Positions 9,909-19,870 of a DNA stretch of 64,000 nucleotides are shown one piece after another. Source of the stretch: Parcubacteria group bacterium GW2011_GWA2_43_13 (lineage in GTDB: Bacteria > Patescibacteriota > Patescibacteriia > UBA9629 > GWA2-43-13); contig LCFM01000002.1 of the NCBI GenBank assembly GCA_000999025.1, positions 436 to 64,435 of the forward strand, read 5' to 3'. The position numbers were made by a program, and so were the translations under genes. Below the pieces are notes generated by a model. That model did not search any database, was not told the origin of the DNA, and saw only the letters and a program-made list of their open reading frames with translations. How positions within the stretch are numbered: the first letter of the stretch is position 1; the number at the start of each line of letters is the position of its first letter.

Positions 9909-10484
9909 TTACTCCAGCCCCAACTCTTTTACAATATCTTGATGAACCTTTTCTTGCTCCTGATAACCATCAATAAACACTGTTTTGCAATTGCGCGCAA
10001 AATAATCAATCGCCGGTTTTACTGACGAATAAAAATGATCAATACGATGCTGGATTGTCTCTGGCGTATCATCATTTCTGTGACGATCCTCAAGCCGCTT
10101 GCGCGCGACATCTTCGGGAATCTCTATCGCCAATACAACGACATGTGATATCCCCAGCCGTTGCATCATATCCAACGCATCCTGAGCTTGTGTCTCCCTG
10201 CGTGCATATCCGTCAATAATAATCTTGTCGTGATTCTGAAGAAGATCGCGCAATGCCTCTTCTACCAAAGGCGTGGTTTCGGAATCTTCCATGTGAATGC
10301 CTTTTTCCAAGCGTTCACTAATGGAATGGCCGCGAGGAGAATCTTCCGTAGCAATTGTGCGAAATATTTTTCCAACTTCAATAGAGGCAAACCCATACCG
10401 TTGCTGTAATAATTCTCCTTGAGTACCTTTGCCCGAACCGGCAATCCCCATTAAAAAAATAATAAAAGCATCATTATGTGTCAT
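9909..10484 (-). CDS. adk: adenylate kinase
   Basis: Start at MTHNDAF. Has the P-loop GIAGSGKGTQ. Confidence 0.9.
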   Translation of the reverse strand: MTHNDAFIIFLMGIAGSGKGTQGELLQQRYGFASIEVGKIFRTIATEDSPRGHSISERLEKGIHMEDSETTPLVEEALRDLLQNHDKIIIDGYARRETQAQDALDMMQRLGISHVVVLAIEIPEDVARKRLEDRHRNDDTPETIQHRIDHFYSSVKPAIDYFARNCKTVFIDGYQEQEKVHQDIVKELGLE

Positions 10485-10561
10485 AAAAAAATCTCGGTTC
10501 TTTCCGCAACGCGAATGGAAAGAGAGTACCGAGAAAAATATCATTCACGTAGAAAAAAATC

Positions 10562-11866
10562 CTATGCATCGTATGAATAACTATGGTACGCCATTTGTGC
10601 CTCAACCTTTTTCATTGATTCGATTATAACAGACACCACAATCAAAAGCGAGGTTCCGCCAATCACAAGGTTAAATCCGGTAAATGATTGCACCAATAAC
10701 GGCAAAATAGCGATAATCCCCAAAAACACTGACCCAGCAAGTAAAATCCTGTTTACCACTGCCTGCATATACACTTCGGTCTCTTTGCCCGGCCTGATTC
10801 CCGGGATAAAACTCCCTTGCTTTTGAAGATTTTCCGCTATCTGACGCGGTTGGAAAATAATGGCAGTATAAAAATAGGTGAATGCCACCACTAATACGAA
10901 ATAAATAATACCGTACGGAAGCCCGCCTTGCTGGAATATATTAATGATAAATCCTGCCACGTCCGCAACCCATGGAGATGTCGCGCGCACAAAAAATTGC
11001 GCAATAAACGGGGGAAACAACACCACTGATATGGCAAAGATAATCGGAATCACTCCTGCCATGTTCACGCGCAAAGGAAGATAATTCTGCGCGCCTGACA
11101 TCAACCGTCCGCCGCGCATTTGACGCGCGTGGGCAATGGGGACATTGCGCTGGCCTTCTGTAATAAACACCACCCCGGCGACAACAATAACCGCGATCAC
11201 GAGCAATAACACGTAATTCGTCAATGACGCAGGGTTGTTTGAAATATCCAAACCGATTTGAAATGCGGCTTGCGGAAGGCTGGCGATAATTCCGGCGAAA
11301 ATCAATAAGGAAATGCCGTTTCCCAAACTGCGTTCCGAAATAATCTCACCGATCCACATAAGTAAAACCGTACCAGCCATGACTGTGATAATTGTAGTTA
11401 CCCATGTTATAGGCGTAAACTGATCAAGAAACTGCGAAGCAGATCCCGCACCCGAGCTTGCCCGACTCAAAAAAATAATAGTGCTATATCCTTGCAATGC
11501 GGCTAACGGAACTGTTAACAACCGCGTCCATTTATTGATAATACGTTGCCCTCGCTCTCCTTCTTTTGATAAATCCTCAAAATAGGGAACAATCATGCCG
11601 AGTAATTGAAAAATGATAGATGACGTAATATACGGGCCCACGCCAAGCATGACAATAGAAAAGTTCTCAAGCCCGCCACCGGTTAAAAGATTTAAAAGCC
11701 CCAACACTTGATTTCCTGATAAAGACGCGCGCAATGCAGTAGTATCAATGCCTGGAACAGGAATATGCGCAAGAAACCGAAACGCGACAAGCATCAGCAA
11801 TACAAAAATCAAATCATTGCGCAACTGTTTGGTGGTGAGAAATTGTTTAAATCGGGTTGAAAATGA
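10562..11866 (-). CDS. secY: preprotein translocase subunit SecY
   Basis: 10 TM helices, with a start at MSFSTRFKQF. Sits in the conserved position after rplO. Confidence 0.9.
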   Translation of the reverse strand, partial: SFSTRFKQFLTTKQLRNDLIFVLLMLVAFRFLAHIPVPGIDTTALRASLSGNQVLGLLNLLTGGGLENFSIVMLGVGPYITSSIIFQLLGMIVPYFEDLSKEGERGQRIINKWTRLLTVPLAALQGYSTIIFLSRASSGAGSASQFLDQFTPITWVTTIITVMAGTVLLMWIGEIISERSLGNGISLLIFAGIIASLPQAAFQIGLDISNNPASLTNYVLLLVIAVIVVAGVVFITEGQRNVPIAHARQMRGGRLMSGAQNYLPLRVNMAGVIPIIFAISVVLFPPFIAQFFVRATSPWVADVAGFIINIFQQGGLPYGIIYFVLVVAFTYFYTAIIFQPRQIAENLQKQGSFIPGIRPGKETEVYMQAVVNRILLAGSVFLGIIAILPLLVQSFTGFNLVIGGTSLLIVVSVIIESMKKVEAQMAYHSYSYDA

Positions 11867-12007
11867 CATACGATGAGGGTGTAGTAATATCTCTACGTCA
11901 TCTGAGTTCGCTCGCTGGCGGACGAAGAATCTCGTATAGAGCAAACTAAGAGGGGCCCTTCGTCTCCGCCAGCTGGCGAATCCTTAGGATGACAAAAACA
12001 AACAAGG

Positions 12008-12514
12008 TTATGCTTTCTTTTTCTGGCGCTCTGCTTTCGGCAAAACATTGCGGACTTTTTCGTGTACAACAAGTTCAATAGTACCTCCTGCTTGTTCAAT
12101 ACTCTTTCTCGCTGTTTCAGAGACCTTTTCCAATTTAACTGTCAGTGATTTTGAAAGCGCTCCTCTTCCTAAACATTTTACACCTAAAGAGGATTTTTTG
12201 ACGATACCTTTCTGTATCAAAGCAACTCTATCAACAACAGCGCCTTTTTCAAACAACTGATTGAGGTCGCCAACATTGATAATATCAAAATGCGGCTGAA
12301 GGGAACGAAAACCTCGCAGTTTAGGTATTTTTGATAAAAACTGATCTTTTAACGCTCTGCGCTTCAAGCCACTCTTTCCGCCCGCGCGAGAGCGCTGGCC
12401 TTTCATGCCTCTGCCTGAATATGATCCTTTGCCTGAAGCATTGCCACGTCCAACACGCTTGCTTTTTGAATGCGAGCCAGATGCCGAATGTAATGTGTGT
12501 AATGTGAGTGACAT
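12008..12514 (-). CDS. rplO: 50S ribosomal protein L15
   Basis: N-terminal Gly/Arg-rich KRVGRGNASGKG. Confidence 0.9.
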   Translation of the reverse strand: MSLTLHTLHSASGSHSKSKRVGRGNASGKGSYSGRGMKGQRSRAGGKSGLKRRALKDQFLSKIPKLRGFRSLQPHFDIINVGDLNQLFEKGAVVDRVALIQKGIVKKSSLGVKCLGRGALSKSLTVKLEKVSETARKSIEQAGGTIELVVHEKVRNVLPKAERQKKKA

Positions 12515-12564
12515 AATGTATAACTTACGAACTGATGAGCCTACGAACCCATAAACCGATAAAC

Positions 12565-13254
12565 TTATAAACTCTTTTGTTCTTCAGGTTTACGATTCTT
12601 CGATTCTTGCATTTTCCGTGGTTTATTCGATCGAGACGATGGTTTTCTTGGGCCAGGTTTTTGCGCACGCTGGGCCTCACGTTCTGTCTGTTCTTTCAAT
12701 ATCCGTTCACGCTCCGCTTTTCTCCCCTCAACCATCTTTTTATGTGAATCTATTTGGCGTTGCATATGAGCCGGAACTTCATCGCGCAATGACTCAAGCG
12801 CTCGAATAGTGGCATGGACATTATTCAATTTATTATTCGATCCTAAAATTTTACCAACAACATTTTCCACGCCTGCTAATATAAGCACGGTCCGAACAGC
12901 GCCACCCGCAATAACGCCGGTCCCTAATGCCGCAGGTTTTAACAACACTTTTGCCGCTTTGAATTTCATAGATACGGCATGCGGAATTGTTCCGCCTGCC
13001 ACATGAATAGAAATCATATTCTTCCGCGCGGCAGATGCGGCTTTACTGATAGCTAATTGAACATCAGCGCCTTTTGCCGTGCCCATTCCAATACGGCCGG
13101 CTTTATCACCAAGCACAACACACGCGCGAAAACGCATACGTTTCCCTCCTGCCATAACACGCGTAACACGAGCGAGGTCAATAATCGCTTGGTCAAAATC
13201 ATGCTGTTGTTCTTGTCGTGGTCTCATATCTCTCACGAGGTTCGAATCCGCCAA
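12565..13254 (-). CDS. rpsE: 30S ribosomal protein S5 with a long basic C-terminal extension
   Basis: S5 core plus about 65 extra Lys/Arg/Glu-rich C-terminal residues. Confidence 0.9.
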   Translation of the reverse strand: MADSNLVRDMRPRQEQQHDFDQAIIDLARVTRVMAGGKRMRFRACVVLGDKAGRIGMGTAKGADVQLAISKAASAARKNMISIHVAGGTIPHAVSMKFKAAKVLLKPAALGTGVIAGGAVRTVLILAGVENVVGKILGSNNKLNNVHATIRALESLRDEVPAHMQRQIDSHKKMVEGRKAERERILKEQTEREAQRAQKPGPRKPSSRSNKPRKMQESKNRKPEEQKSL

Positions 13255-13295
13255 CCGACGGACAAAATTCGAAACTATTACATAATAGGATTACA

Positions 13296-13643
13296 TTAAA
13301 ACTCTAATCCTGCTGATCGCGCCGCTTCGGCAACCGCTTTCACACGGCCATGATACGCATATCCTCCCCGATCACACACAATGGTGATTATCTTTTTCTC
13401 TTGCGCTTTTTGAGCGATCTCTTTCCCTACCATCTCGGCCTGTTCAAGTTTTGTGCCTTTTTTCAATCCAAGCGTTGATGAAGATGCTATCGTAATCCCG
13501 TTCACGTCATCAACCAATTGCGCGACAATATGGCGAGCACTGCGGAAAATAGAAAGCCGAGGCCGTTCTGACGTGCCTTGTATTCTTGTCCGGATACGCG
13601 CATGGCGCCGGATGCGTGATTGCTGTTTCTTAAGAAGAGTCAT
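13296..13643 (-). CDS. rplR: 50S ribosomal protein L18
   Basis: 115 aa with L18 motifs. Confidence 0.9.
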   Translation of the reverse strand: MTLLKKQQSRIRRHARIRTRIQGTSERPRLSIFRSARHIVAQLVDDVNGITIASSSTLGLKKGTKLEQAEMVGKEIAQKAQEKKIITIVCDRGGYAYHGRVKAVAEAARSAGLEF

Positions 13644-13652
13644 ACAAAAATA

Positions 13653-14204
13653 TTATCCGCCTGACTTCACTTGTTTACCGGCTTTTCTGCGGATGATTTC
13701 ATCGCTATACTTAATTCCCTTGCCTTTATACGGCTCTGGCTTACGCACTTTTCGCACATTCGCGGCAAATTCACCAACTTGTTGCTTATCAATTCCTCGT
13801 ATACTGATAACATTCTTTTCTACTTTCACCTCTACTCCTTGAGGCGGAACCATAATCACAGGATGAGAAAATCCAACCGAAAGAGTAAGTGTGCCACTAT
13901 CAATATTGGCGCGGTATCCGACACCATTGATTTCCAATTGTTTTGAAAATCCTTCTGTAACGCCACACACCATATTTGCCGCAAGAGCCCGACTCAACCC
14001 CCAAAACGCACGCTCGCTTTTTTCTTCAGGATGAGCAACCGAAATCTCGAGCTGTTTTTCAGCATCGTTATACACCATAATCGCCTTTGACGGCATTGTT
14101 TGTGTTAATTCTCCCAACGGACCTTTCACACTCAAAACAGAACCATGTATAGAAATAGTTACGTTTGCTGGAATAGTAATGGGAAGTTTTCCTATACGTG
14201 ACAT
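13653..14204 (-). CDS. rplF: 50S ribosomal protein L6
   Basis: 183 aa with the tandem L6 domains. Confidence 0.9.
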   Translation of the reverse strand: MSRIGKLPITIPANVTISIHGSVLSVKGPLGELTQTMPSKAIMVYNDAEKQLEISVAHPEEKSERAFWGLSRALAANMVCGVTEGFSKQLEINGVGYRANIDSGTLTLSVGFSHPVIMVPPQGVEVKVEKNVISIRGIDKQQVGEFAANVRKVRKPEPYKGKGIKYSDEIIRRKAGKQVKSGG

Positions 14205-14234
14205 ACTATTAAATTAAAATGTAAATTTTATCTT

Positions 14235-14627
14235 TCAATATACTTCACACAACACTTCGCCGCCAACTTGTTCCTGTTGCGCTTTTTTATTTGTCATAAG
14301 ACCTTTGGGTGTTGAAATAACAGCTATTCCCAAATCATTCAACACTTTAGGCATATTTTTATATGAACGATATACCCTCTGCCCAGGCGTGCTTATTCGC
14401 TTAATCGTTGTTATACGCGGCGCATGTCCTTGATATTTCAGATCAACCACCAATGCCGATTTTATCCCCTCTGTCTCAATGCTCACACCGCCAACATACC
14501 CCTCTTCTTCGAGAATACGGGCAATCTCCTTTTTCATGCGAGAATAAGGAATCAAAACCGACCGTTTTTTAGCGGCTTGTGCGTTGCGAATACGCGTTAA
14601 CATGTCTGCTATTGGGTCTGTCATCAT
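14235..14627 (-). CDS. rpsH: 30S ribosomal protein S8
   Basis: 130 aa, starting MMTDPIADMLTRIRNA. Confidence 0.9.
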   Translation of the reverse strand: MMTDPIADMLTRIRNAQAAKKRSVLIPYSRMKKEIARILEEEGYVGGVSIETEGIKSALVVDLKYQGHAPRITTIKRISTPGQRVYRSYKNMPKVLNDLGIAVISTPKGLMTNKKAQQEQVGGEVLCEVY

Positions 14628-14715
14628 ACACTAAGTTAAAAAGCAAAAAGTAAAAAGTTAAAGATGTATATCAGCCGTTATTTTTGACTTTTGCTCTTTC
14701 ATTTTTGATCTTTAG

Positions 14716-14901
14716 TTACCAGCTACTACTTTTCACTCCAGGAATTTCTCCTTTACAAGCAAGCTCACGAAAACAAATACGACACAAGCCAAACACACGC
14801 ATATACCCGTGATTTCTTCCGCATCTCCAACACCTCCGCACAATGCGGGTAGAAAATTTAGGTTTCCGTTTTGACTTTGCGATACGTGCTTTTGTTGCCA
14901 T
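14716..14901 (-). CDS. rpsZ: 30S ribosomal protein S14 type Z (zinc-binding)
   Basis: 61 aa with CxxC...CxxC. Confidence 0.9.
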   Translation of the reverse strand: MATKARIAKSKRKPKFSTRIVRRCWRCGRNHGYMRVFGLCRICFRELACKGEIPGVKSSSW

Positions 14902-14917
14902 ATTACGAATGAGAGTG

Positions 14918-14995
14918 CGATACTAATACACGGATTCATGCGAATGACGCGAATATTCGTGTCATTCGTGTGCCATTCGTATATTAGCATCGCAT
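14918..14995. repeat. 78-bp repeat, copy A, filling the rplE-rpsZ spacer
   Basis: cgatactaatacacggattcatgcgaatgacgcgaatattcgtgtcattcgtgtgccattcgtatattagcatcgcat. Near-identical to 15893..15969. Starts directly after the rplE stop codon. Confidence 0.8.
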
Positions 14996-14997
14996 GT

Positions 14998-15558
14998 TTA
15001 GAGTTTCTCTTTTACAAACGGCATTCCAAATTCCCGATACAACGCAAGTGCATGATCACGATTCTGCGCTTGTACTGAGATTGTTATTTGTAATCCATGC
15101 GTATGCTCAACAGTATCAGGATTCACTTCAGGAAACACATAATGCTCGGAAAGCCCTATTGAAAGGTTCCCACTCTGATCAACGGATGTCATGGGAATGC
15201 CACGAAAATCACGCACGCGAGGTAAGGTAATATGAACCAACCTCTCAAGGAAATCATACATTCTGCGTCCACGCAAGGTTACCATCATACCGACAACGCT
15301 TCCTTCTCTCAATTTAAATCCTGCTATTGATTGCCGAGCTTTTGTTTCAACCGGTTTTTGGCCAGAAATCCGAACCAGCGTTTCTTTTACCGTATCAACC
15401 GCTTTCTGATCTTTTGACATCTTCCCAATACCAACATTAAGGGTAATTTTTTTCACCCAAGGCACTGCTAAAACATTTGAAAGGCCTAATTCGTCTTTCA
15501 ACTTTTTCACTATAATGGTATCAAAATTTTTCTTCAGATTGTTCATACGTCGGTTCAT
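14998..15558 (-). CDS. rplE: 50S ribosomal protein L5
   Basis: 186 aa with the L5 signature. Confidence 0.9.
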   Translation of the reverse strand: MNRRMNNLKKNFDTIIVKKLKDELGLSNVLAVPWVKKITLNVGIGKMSKDQKAVDTVKETLVRISGQKPVETKARQSIAGFKLREGSVVGMMVTLRGRRMYDFLERLVHITLPRVRDFRGIPMTSVDQSGNLSIGLSEHYVFPEVNPDTVEHTHGLQITISVQAQNRDHALALYREFGMPFVKEKL

Positions 15559-15568
15559 GTATCCTGTA

Positions 15569-15883
15569 TTATGTTATTTCCTCTCCCGAGCGCGTGCTCA
15601 CTCTCACTCGCTTCCCATCTGCAAGAGATTTTACACGCACCCGCGTCGGCTTTCCGCTCTGTGGGCATTTCAGCATAACATTTGAAATATGGAAAGGCGC
15701 TTCAAAAGTAATCTTCTGGCCTTTTTCTGATTTTTTTCCGGACTTCAAATGCTTTGTCATAATATTCACTCCGGAAACGACAACACGATCAAGCTCGGGA
15801 AATACCTGCAGTACTTTCCCTTCTTTGCCTTTGTTCTTCCCGGCCATGATAACAACAATGTCATTTTTTTTGATACGAGTCAT
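15569..15883 (-). CDS. rplX: 50S ribosomal protein L24 (alternative GTG start at 15898)
   Basis: KOW motif IVVIMAGKNKGKEGKV. Confidence 0.85.
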   Translation of the reverse strand: MTRIKKNDIVVIMAGKNKGKEGKVLQVFPELDRVVVSGVNIMTKHLKSGKKSEKGQKITFEAPFHISNVMLKCPQSGKPTRVRVKSLADGKRVRVSTRSGEEIT

Positions 15884-15892
15884 AGACGAGCG

Positions 15893-15969
15893 CGACACTA
15901 ATACACGGATTCATGCGAATGACGCGAATATTCGTGTCATTCGTGTGTCATTCGTATATTAGCATCGCA
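15893..15969. repeat. 78-bp repeat, copy B, filling the rplN-rplX spacer
   Basis: About 75/78 identical to copy A. Starts at the rplN stop codon. Contains direct and inverted ACGAATGAC units on the mRNA strand. Confidence 0.8.
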
Positions 15970-16341
15970 TTATAATACTTCCGGCGCAAGCGAAATAATT
16001 TTTTGAAACCCCTTTTGCCGAAGTTCGCGGGCAACAGGACCAAAAATACGCGTACCTTTCGGTTCTTTGGTTTTTTGATCAACCACGGCAACCGCATTCT
16101 CATCAAATCGGATTCTCACCCCATTCGCCCGAGTAATTTCTTTTTTTGTCCGCACCACAACAGCATACACAACATCTCCTTTCTTTACAGCAGTATGAGG
16201 AGTTGATTCTTTGATAGCACACGTCACGATATCGCCGATTGTGGCGTATCGCTTTCTATACCCTCCATTCACGCGGATCACCTGAAGTTTCCGCGCGCCT
16301 GTGTTATCTGCAGATTGTACTATTGTGCGTGTTTGAATCAT
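15970..16341 (-). CDS. rplN: 50S ribosomal protein L14
   Basis: 123 aa, starting MIQTRTIV...ADNTGA. Confidence 0.9.
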   Translation of the reverse strand: MIQTRTIVQSADNTGARKLQVIRVNGGYRKRYATIGDIVTCAIKESTPHTAVKKGDVVYAVVVRTKKEITRANGVRIRFDENAVAVVDQKTKEPKGTRIFGPVARELRQKGFQKIISLAPEVL

Positions 16342-16387
16342 ACAGTAATCTTAAACTTTTCCTTGTCATTTTTCTGTTTTCCACTTT

Positions 16388-16642
16388 TTAAATCTTCCCA
16401 ATAACTCGCCATTTCTTTTCTTTCGATAAGGGACGACATTCGGCAATTTCAACATGATCTCCAACAGCATACATTCCATCTTCATCATGAGCTTTATAGT
16501 TCCTGCTTTGCGTTATGCGCTTATGATACAACCGATGAACTGTAACGCGATCAACGCGAACAACAACCGTCTTTTGCATTGCAGTTGACACCACGGTGCC
16601 TTTGAGCGTTCTTTTTTTTACTGATTGTGTTCGTGTTTCCAT
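16388..16642 (-). CDS. rpsQ: 30S ribosomal protein S17
   Basis: 84 aa. Confidence 0.9.
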   Translation of the reverse strand: METRTQSVKKRTLKGTVVSTAMQKTVVVRVDRVTVHRLYHKRITQSRNYKAHDEDGMYAVGDHVEIAECRPLSKEKKWRVIGKI

Positions 16643-16651
16643 AGATCGTGA

Positions 16652-16840
16652 TTACGTTGCAATCTGACGCAATGCCGTATTGATACGCGCGATTAATATT
16701 TTTATCTCGTGTATTTTATGAACTGTTTTTAACTGACCTGCCGCGACCTGAAACGTAAGCGCACGAAGCTCATTCCGGCTTTCGGTCAATTTTTTTGTCA
16801 ATTCATCTTTTGAAAGTATGCGCACATCATTCATCTTCAT
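16652..16840 (-). CDS. rpmC: 50S ribosomal protein L29
   Basis: 62 aa. Confidence 0.85.
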   Translation of the reverse strand: MKMNDVRILSKDELTKKLTESRNELRALTFQVAAGQLKTVHKIHEIKILIARINTALRQIAT

Positions 16841-16867
16841 ATATGTATCCTAAAGGAATCAAATCCA

Positions 16868-17284
16868 TTATGCCTTAACAACAAACTTTGTTTTTACTGG
16901 TAATTTATGGCCAGCCAACCGAAATGCTTCTCGAGCAGTCGCTTCATCAACGCCATCCATCTCAAAAATAACTGTTCCTGGCCGTACATTCGTCACATAA
17001 TGATCCACAGCTCCTTTCCCCTTTCCCATCGGAACAGCCAATCCTTTTGTTGTAATTGGCTTATCCGGAAAAATACGGATCCATACCTTGCCTCCACGCC
17101 GGATAAACCGCATAATCGCGCGACGCGACGCTTCAAGCTGACGTGATGTTACCCAGCTTGCCGTTGTTGACTTGAGCCCGAATGAGCCAAAGCTCACTGA
17201 ATGGGTTCGCGTCGCAACAGACCCGCCGGACATCCCTGCGGATTTATGCCATTTTCTGTGTTTTACTTTTTTAGGAATCAGCAT
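16868..17284 (-). CDS. rplP: 50S ribosomal protein L16
   Basis: Starts [11 protein letters not shown]. Confidence 0.9.
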   Translation of the reverse strand: MLIPKKVKHRKWHKSAGMSGGSVATRTHSVSFGSFGLKSTTASWVTSRQLEASRRAIMRFIRRGGKVWIRIFPDKPITTKGLAVPMGKGKGAVDHYVTNVRPGTVIFEMDGVDEATAREAFRLAGHKLPVKTKFVVKA

Positions 17285-17324
17285 AGATATCTTTTAAAAG
17301 AGTAGAGTATTTTTGACACATTCT

Positions 17325-18014
17325 TTACTTGCTGTCAATATCTCCCTGCATCTCATGATCTTCTTCATGGACATCTCCAAATAATTCACCTTTATAAATC
17401 CACACTTTAATTCCAATAACCCCGTAGGTTGTGCGCGCAATGCCACGTCCATAACTGATATCGGCCCGCAATGTATGCAGTGGCATACTTCCATCAGACA
17501 GTGTTTCAGTACGTGCGATTTCCGCGCCATTGAGCCGGCCCGCAACCTGAACTTTCACCCCAAGCGCTCCTGCTTTTTTCACCTGATCAATAGTGCCTTT
17601 CATAACACGCCTAAATGGCATGCGACGTTGAATTTCCGCGGCCATAGAGGAGACAACAACATCTGCGGACAGCATGGGTTTTTTTAACTCTTTGATGGTT
17701 AACTGAACATCTCCTTTTCTTTTTAACGCCTTATTTTTAATTTCTTCTTTCACTTCTTCAGCTTTCTGTCCGCCACGACCAATAACAACTCCGGGCCGAG
17801 CCACAGACACAATAACCTCGATATTTTTCTCCGCGCGACGCACAACTTCTATCAAACCAACCCCGCCATCTTTAAATCGCTGTTTCACGATCTTTCGTAT
17901 CGCCTGATCTTGCTGAAGAAGAGGACCCATCCCGGTGCCATGATGAAACCACTTGGATGTCCAAGTTAGCGTGCCCCCCAGTCGGAATATTCGCGGATTA
18001 ACTTTTTGTCCCAT
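17325..18014 (-). CDS. rpsC: 30S ribosomal protein S3
   Basis: Starts MGQKVNPRIFRLG and contains a KH domain. Confidence 0.9.
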   Translation of the reverse strand: MGQKVNPRIFRLGGTLTWTSKWFHHGTGMGPLLQQDQAIRKIVKQRFKDGGVGLIEVVRRAEKNIEVIVSVARPGVVIGRGGQKAEEVKEEIKNKALKRKGDVQLTIKELKKPMLSADVVVSSMAAEIQRRMPFRRVMKGTIDQVKKAGALGVKVQVAGRLNGAEIARTETLSDGSMPLHTLRADISYGRGIARTTYGVIGIKVWIYKGELFGDVHEEDHEMQGDIDSK

Positions 18015-18055
18015 ATATGAATAACTTATGAACAGATAATCATGAAAGAGTATTA

Positions 18056-18493
18056 TTATTTTTTTCCGCCAGAGGCGATGTGCCCACCTTTGGCTGGAGA
18101 TCCGCCTTTGGCGGAGTTTTTTGTCCGCCGGCTGGCGGATTGTTCTTTGTCCTTATGCACGTCCGGCCCTTCCAATACAAGAGTGATATGAGATGAACGC
18201 TTTCGAAGCGGAGTAGCTCTCCCATGAGCGCGCGGCATCCATCGCGAAAGAGTTTGTCCGTCTTGCGCTGTTGCTATTTTAATCACAAGCATTGCTCGAT
18301 TCATCCCCAAATTATGCTCTGCGTTCGCAATCGCTGATTGGAGTATTTTAAACACAGGACGAGCCGCTTCTTTAGAACTATGCACAAGCTGGGCAAGTGC
18401 GTCTTCTGCCTTCATCTTTCGTATCATAGCCAAAACCAACCGAACTTTTCGGGGAGATATACGAATTTGACGTGCGCTTGCTTTTACTTCCAT
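18056..18493 (-). CDS. rplV: 50S ribosomal protein L22 with a repeat-derived C-terminal tail
   Basis: L22 core begins MEVKASARQIRISPRK. The last ~22 aa (RTKNSAKGGSPAKGGHIASGGKK) are encoded by the repeat at 18062..18125. Confidence 0.9.
   Translation of the reverse strand: MEVKASARQIRISPRKVRLVLAMIRKMKAEDALAQLVHSSKEAARPVFKILQSAIANAEHNLGMNRAMLVIKIATAQDGQTLSRWMPRAHGRATPLRKRSSHITLVLEGPDVHKDKEQSASRRTKNSAKGGSPAKGGHIASGGKK
18062..18125. repeat. family-D ~64-bp palindromic repeat inside the 3' end of rplV
   Basis: About 85% identical to 50632..50694 at the 3' end of nrdR. Contains a ccgccagaggcg ... cgcctttggcgg hairpin. Confidence 0.75.
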
Positions 18494-18515
18494 AGTATAT
18501 TCAAACTCTTGTCTC

Positions 18516-18818
18516 TCATTTTTGAGCAACGGTCTTTGTTTTTGATTCAATCTCTTTTTGTATCTTTCCGCCATGACGAACAAACTTGCGTGTCGGAGCG
18601 AATTCTCCCAAACGATGACCTACCATATCTTCAATAACATACACAGGGACATGAACTTTTCCATTATGAACACCAATGGTCAAACCAACCATCTCCGGAA
18701 TAATCATGCTGTCGCGCGACCATGTTTTTATCGTTGCCTTGTTTCCAGGTTGAGTTGCATGAACTCTCTTAAGAAGCTTTGCGTCAATAAATGGTCCTTT
18801 TTTAATACTGCGTGCCAT
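18516..18818 (-). CDS. rpsS: 30S ribosomal protein S19
   Basis: Starts [12 protein letters not shown]. Confidence 0.9.
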   Translation of the reverse strand: MARSIKKGPFIDAKLLKRVHATQPGNKATIKTWSRDSMIIPEMVGLTIGVHNGKVHVPVYVIEDMVGHRLGEFAPTRKFVRHGGKIQKEIESKTKTVAQK

Positions 18819-18917
18819 ACGTTCAAGTACCAGTTTTCGATCCTCGGTTATCAGTTTTCAAAAAACCGACACCTTCCATCCACCTCTGGCGGAGACAACC
18901 GAAAACTGGATGTATTA

Positions 18918-19724
18918 TTATTTCCGTTTCTTCCTTTTTTTGATAATAAAACGATTACTTGTTGTTCGTTTTCTTGTTTTAATACCCATGACTTTCTTTC
19001 CATAAACACTCTTCGGGCCTTTCAACCCGATTGGCTGATGCCCCTCACCACCGCCATGCGGATGATCAACAGGGTTCATTGACTTTCCTGTTACCGACGG
19101 CCGCACTCCGCGATGCCGCATGCGCCCTGCTTTCCCCAAACGGACATTCCGATAATCGCTATTAGATACCTGTCCTACTGTTGCCAATGCATTTTTGGAA
19201 AACAAACGAACTTCTCCGGACGGCATTTTTACCTGCGTATATGCTCCTTCTGTGCTTTGGACAATGGCGACCATCCCAGCGGAACGAACCATACGACCGC
19301 CTTTTCCGGGCTGAACTTCAATATTATGTACAGCAACTCCTGTCGGGATATATTCCAAAGGCATGGTATTTCCCGGTTTTATCGGCGCTTGCCCTTGTTT
19401 TGACAGCACGACATCACCTGTATGTAACCCTTCCGGCGCAATGATATATCTCTTTTCTCCATCGCTATACTGCAATAACGCAATAAACGGAGTCCGATTC
19501 GGATCATATTCCAATGCTATTACCTTTGCTTCCCTGTCATATTTATTGCGTTTAAAATCAATCACTCGATACATCTGTTTATTCCCACTCCCTTGATGCC
19601 GAACCGTAATTTTGCCTTGATTGTTTCTGCCGGCATGAGTCGGCAACGAAATAACCAAAGATTTCTCTGGCTTCTTTTTCGAGAGGGAACTGTAATCAAT
19701 AACAGATGCCCCTCTGCGAGCTGG
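18918..19724 (-). CDS. rplB: 50S ribosomal protein L2
   Basis: Start at MPIKRYKPTTPARRG. Confidence 0.9.
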   Translation of the reverse strand, partial: PARRGASVIDYSSLSKKKPEKSLVISLPTHAGRNNQGKITVRHQGSGNKQMYRVIDFKRNKYDREAKVIALEYDPNRTPFIALLQYSDGEKRYIIAPEGLHTGDVVLSKQGQAPIKPGNTMPLEYIPTGVAVHNIEVQPGKGGRMVRSAGMVAIVQSTEGAYTQVKMPSGEVRLFSKNALATVGQVSNSDYRNVRLGKAGRMRHRGVRPSVTGKSMNPVDHPHGGGEGHQPIGLKGPKSVYGKKVMGIKTRKRTTSNRFIIKKRKKRK

Positions 19725-19870
19725 CGTTGTCGGTTTGTATCTTTTTATCGGCATATACCATAATTTTAATCTACGAATATTATCCGAATGCAACGAACAC
19801 TACACATACCATCTGATACATTCATAGATTGGTAGATTCGAATGTCATTCGTAGATTAGAATTGCCCATT

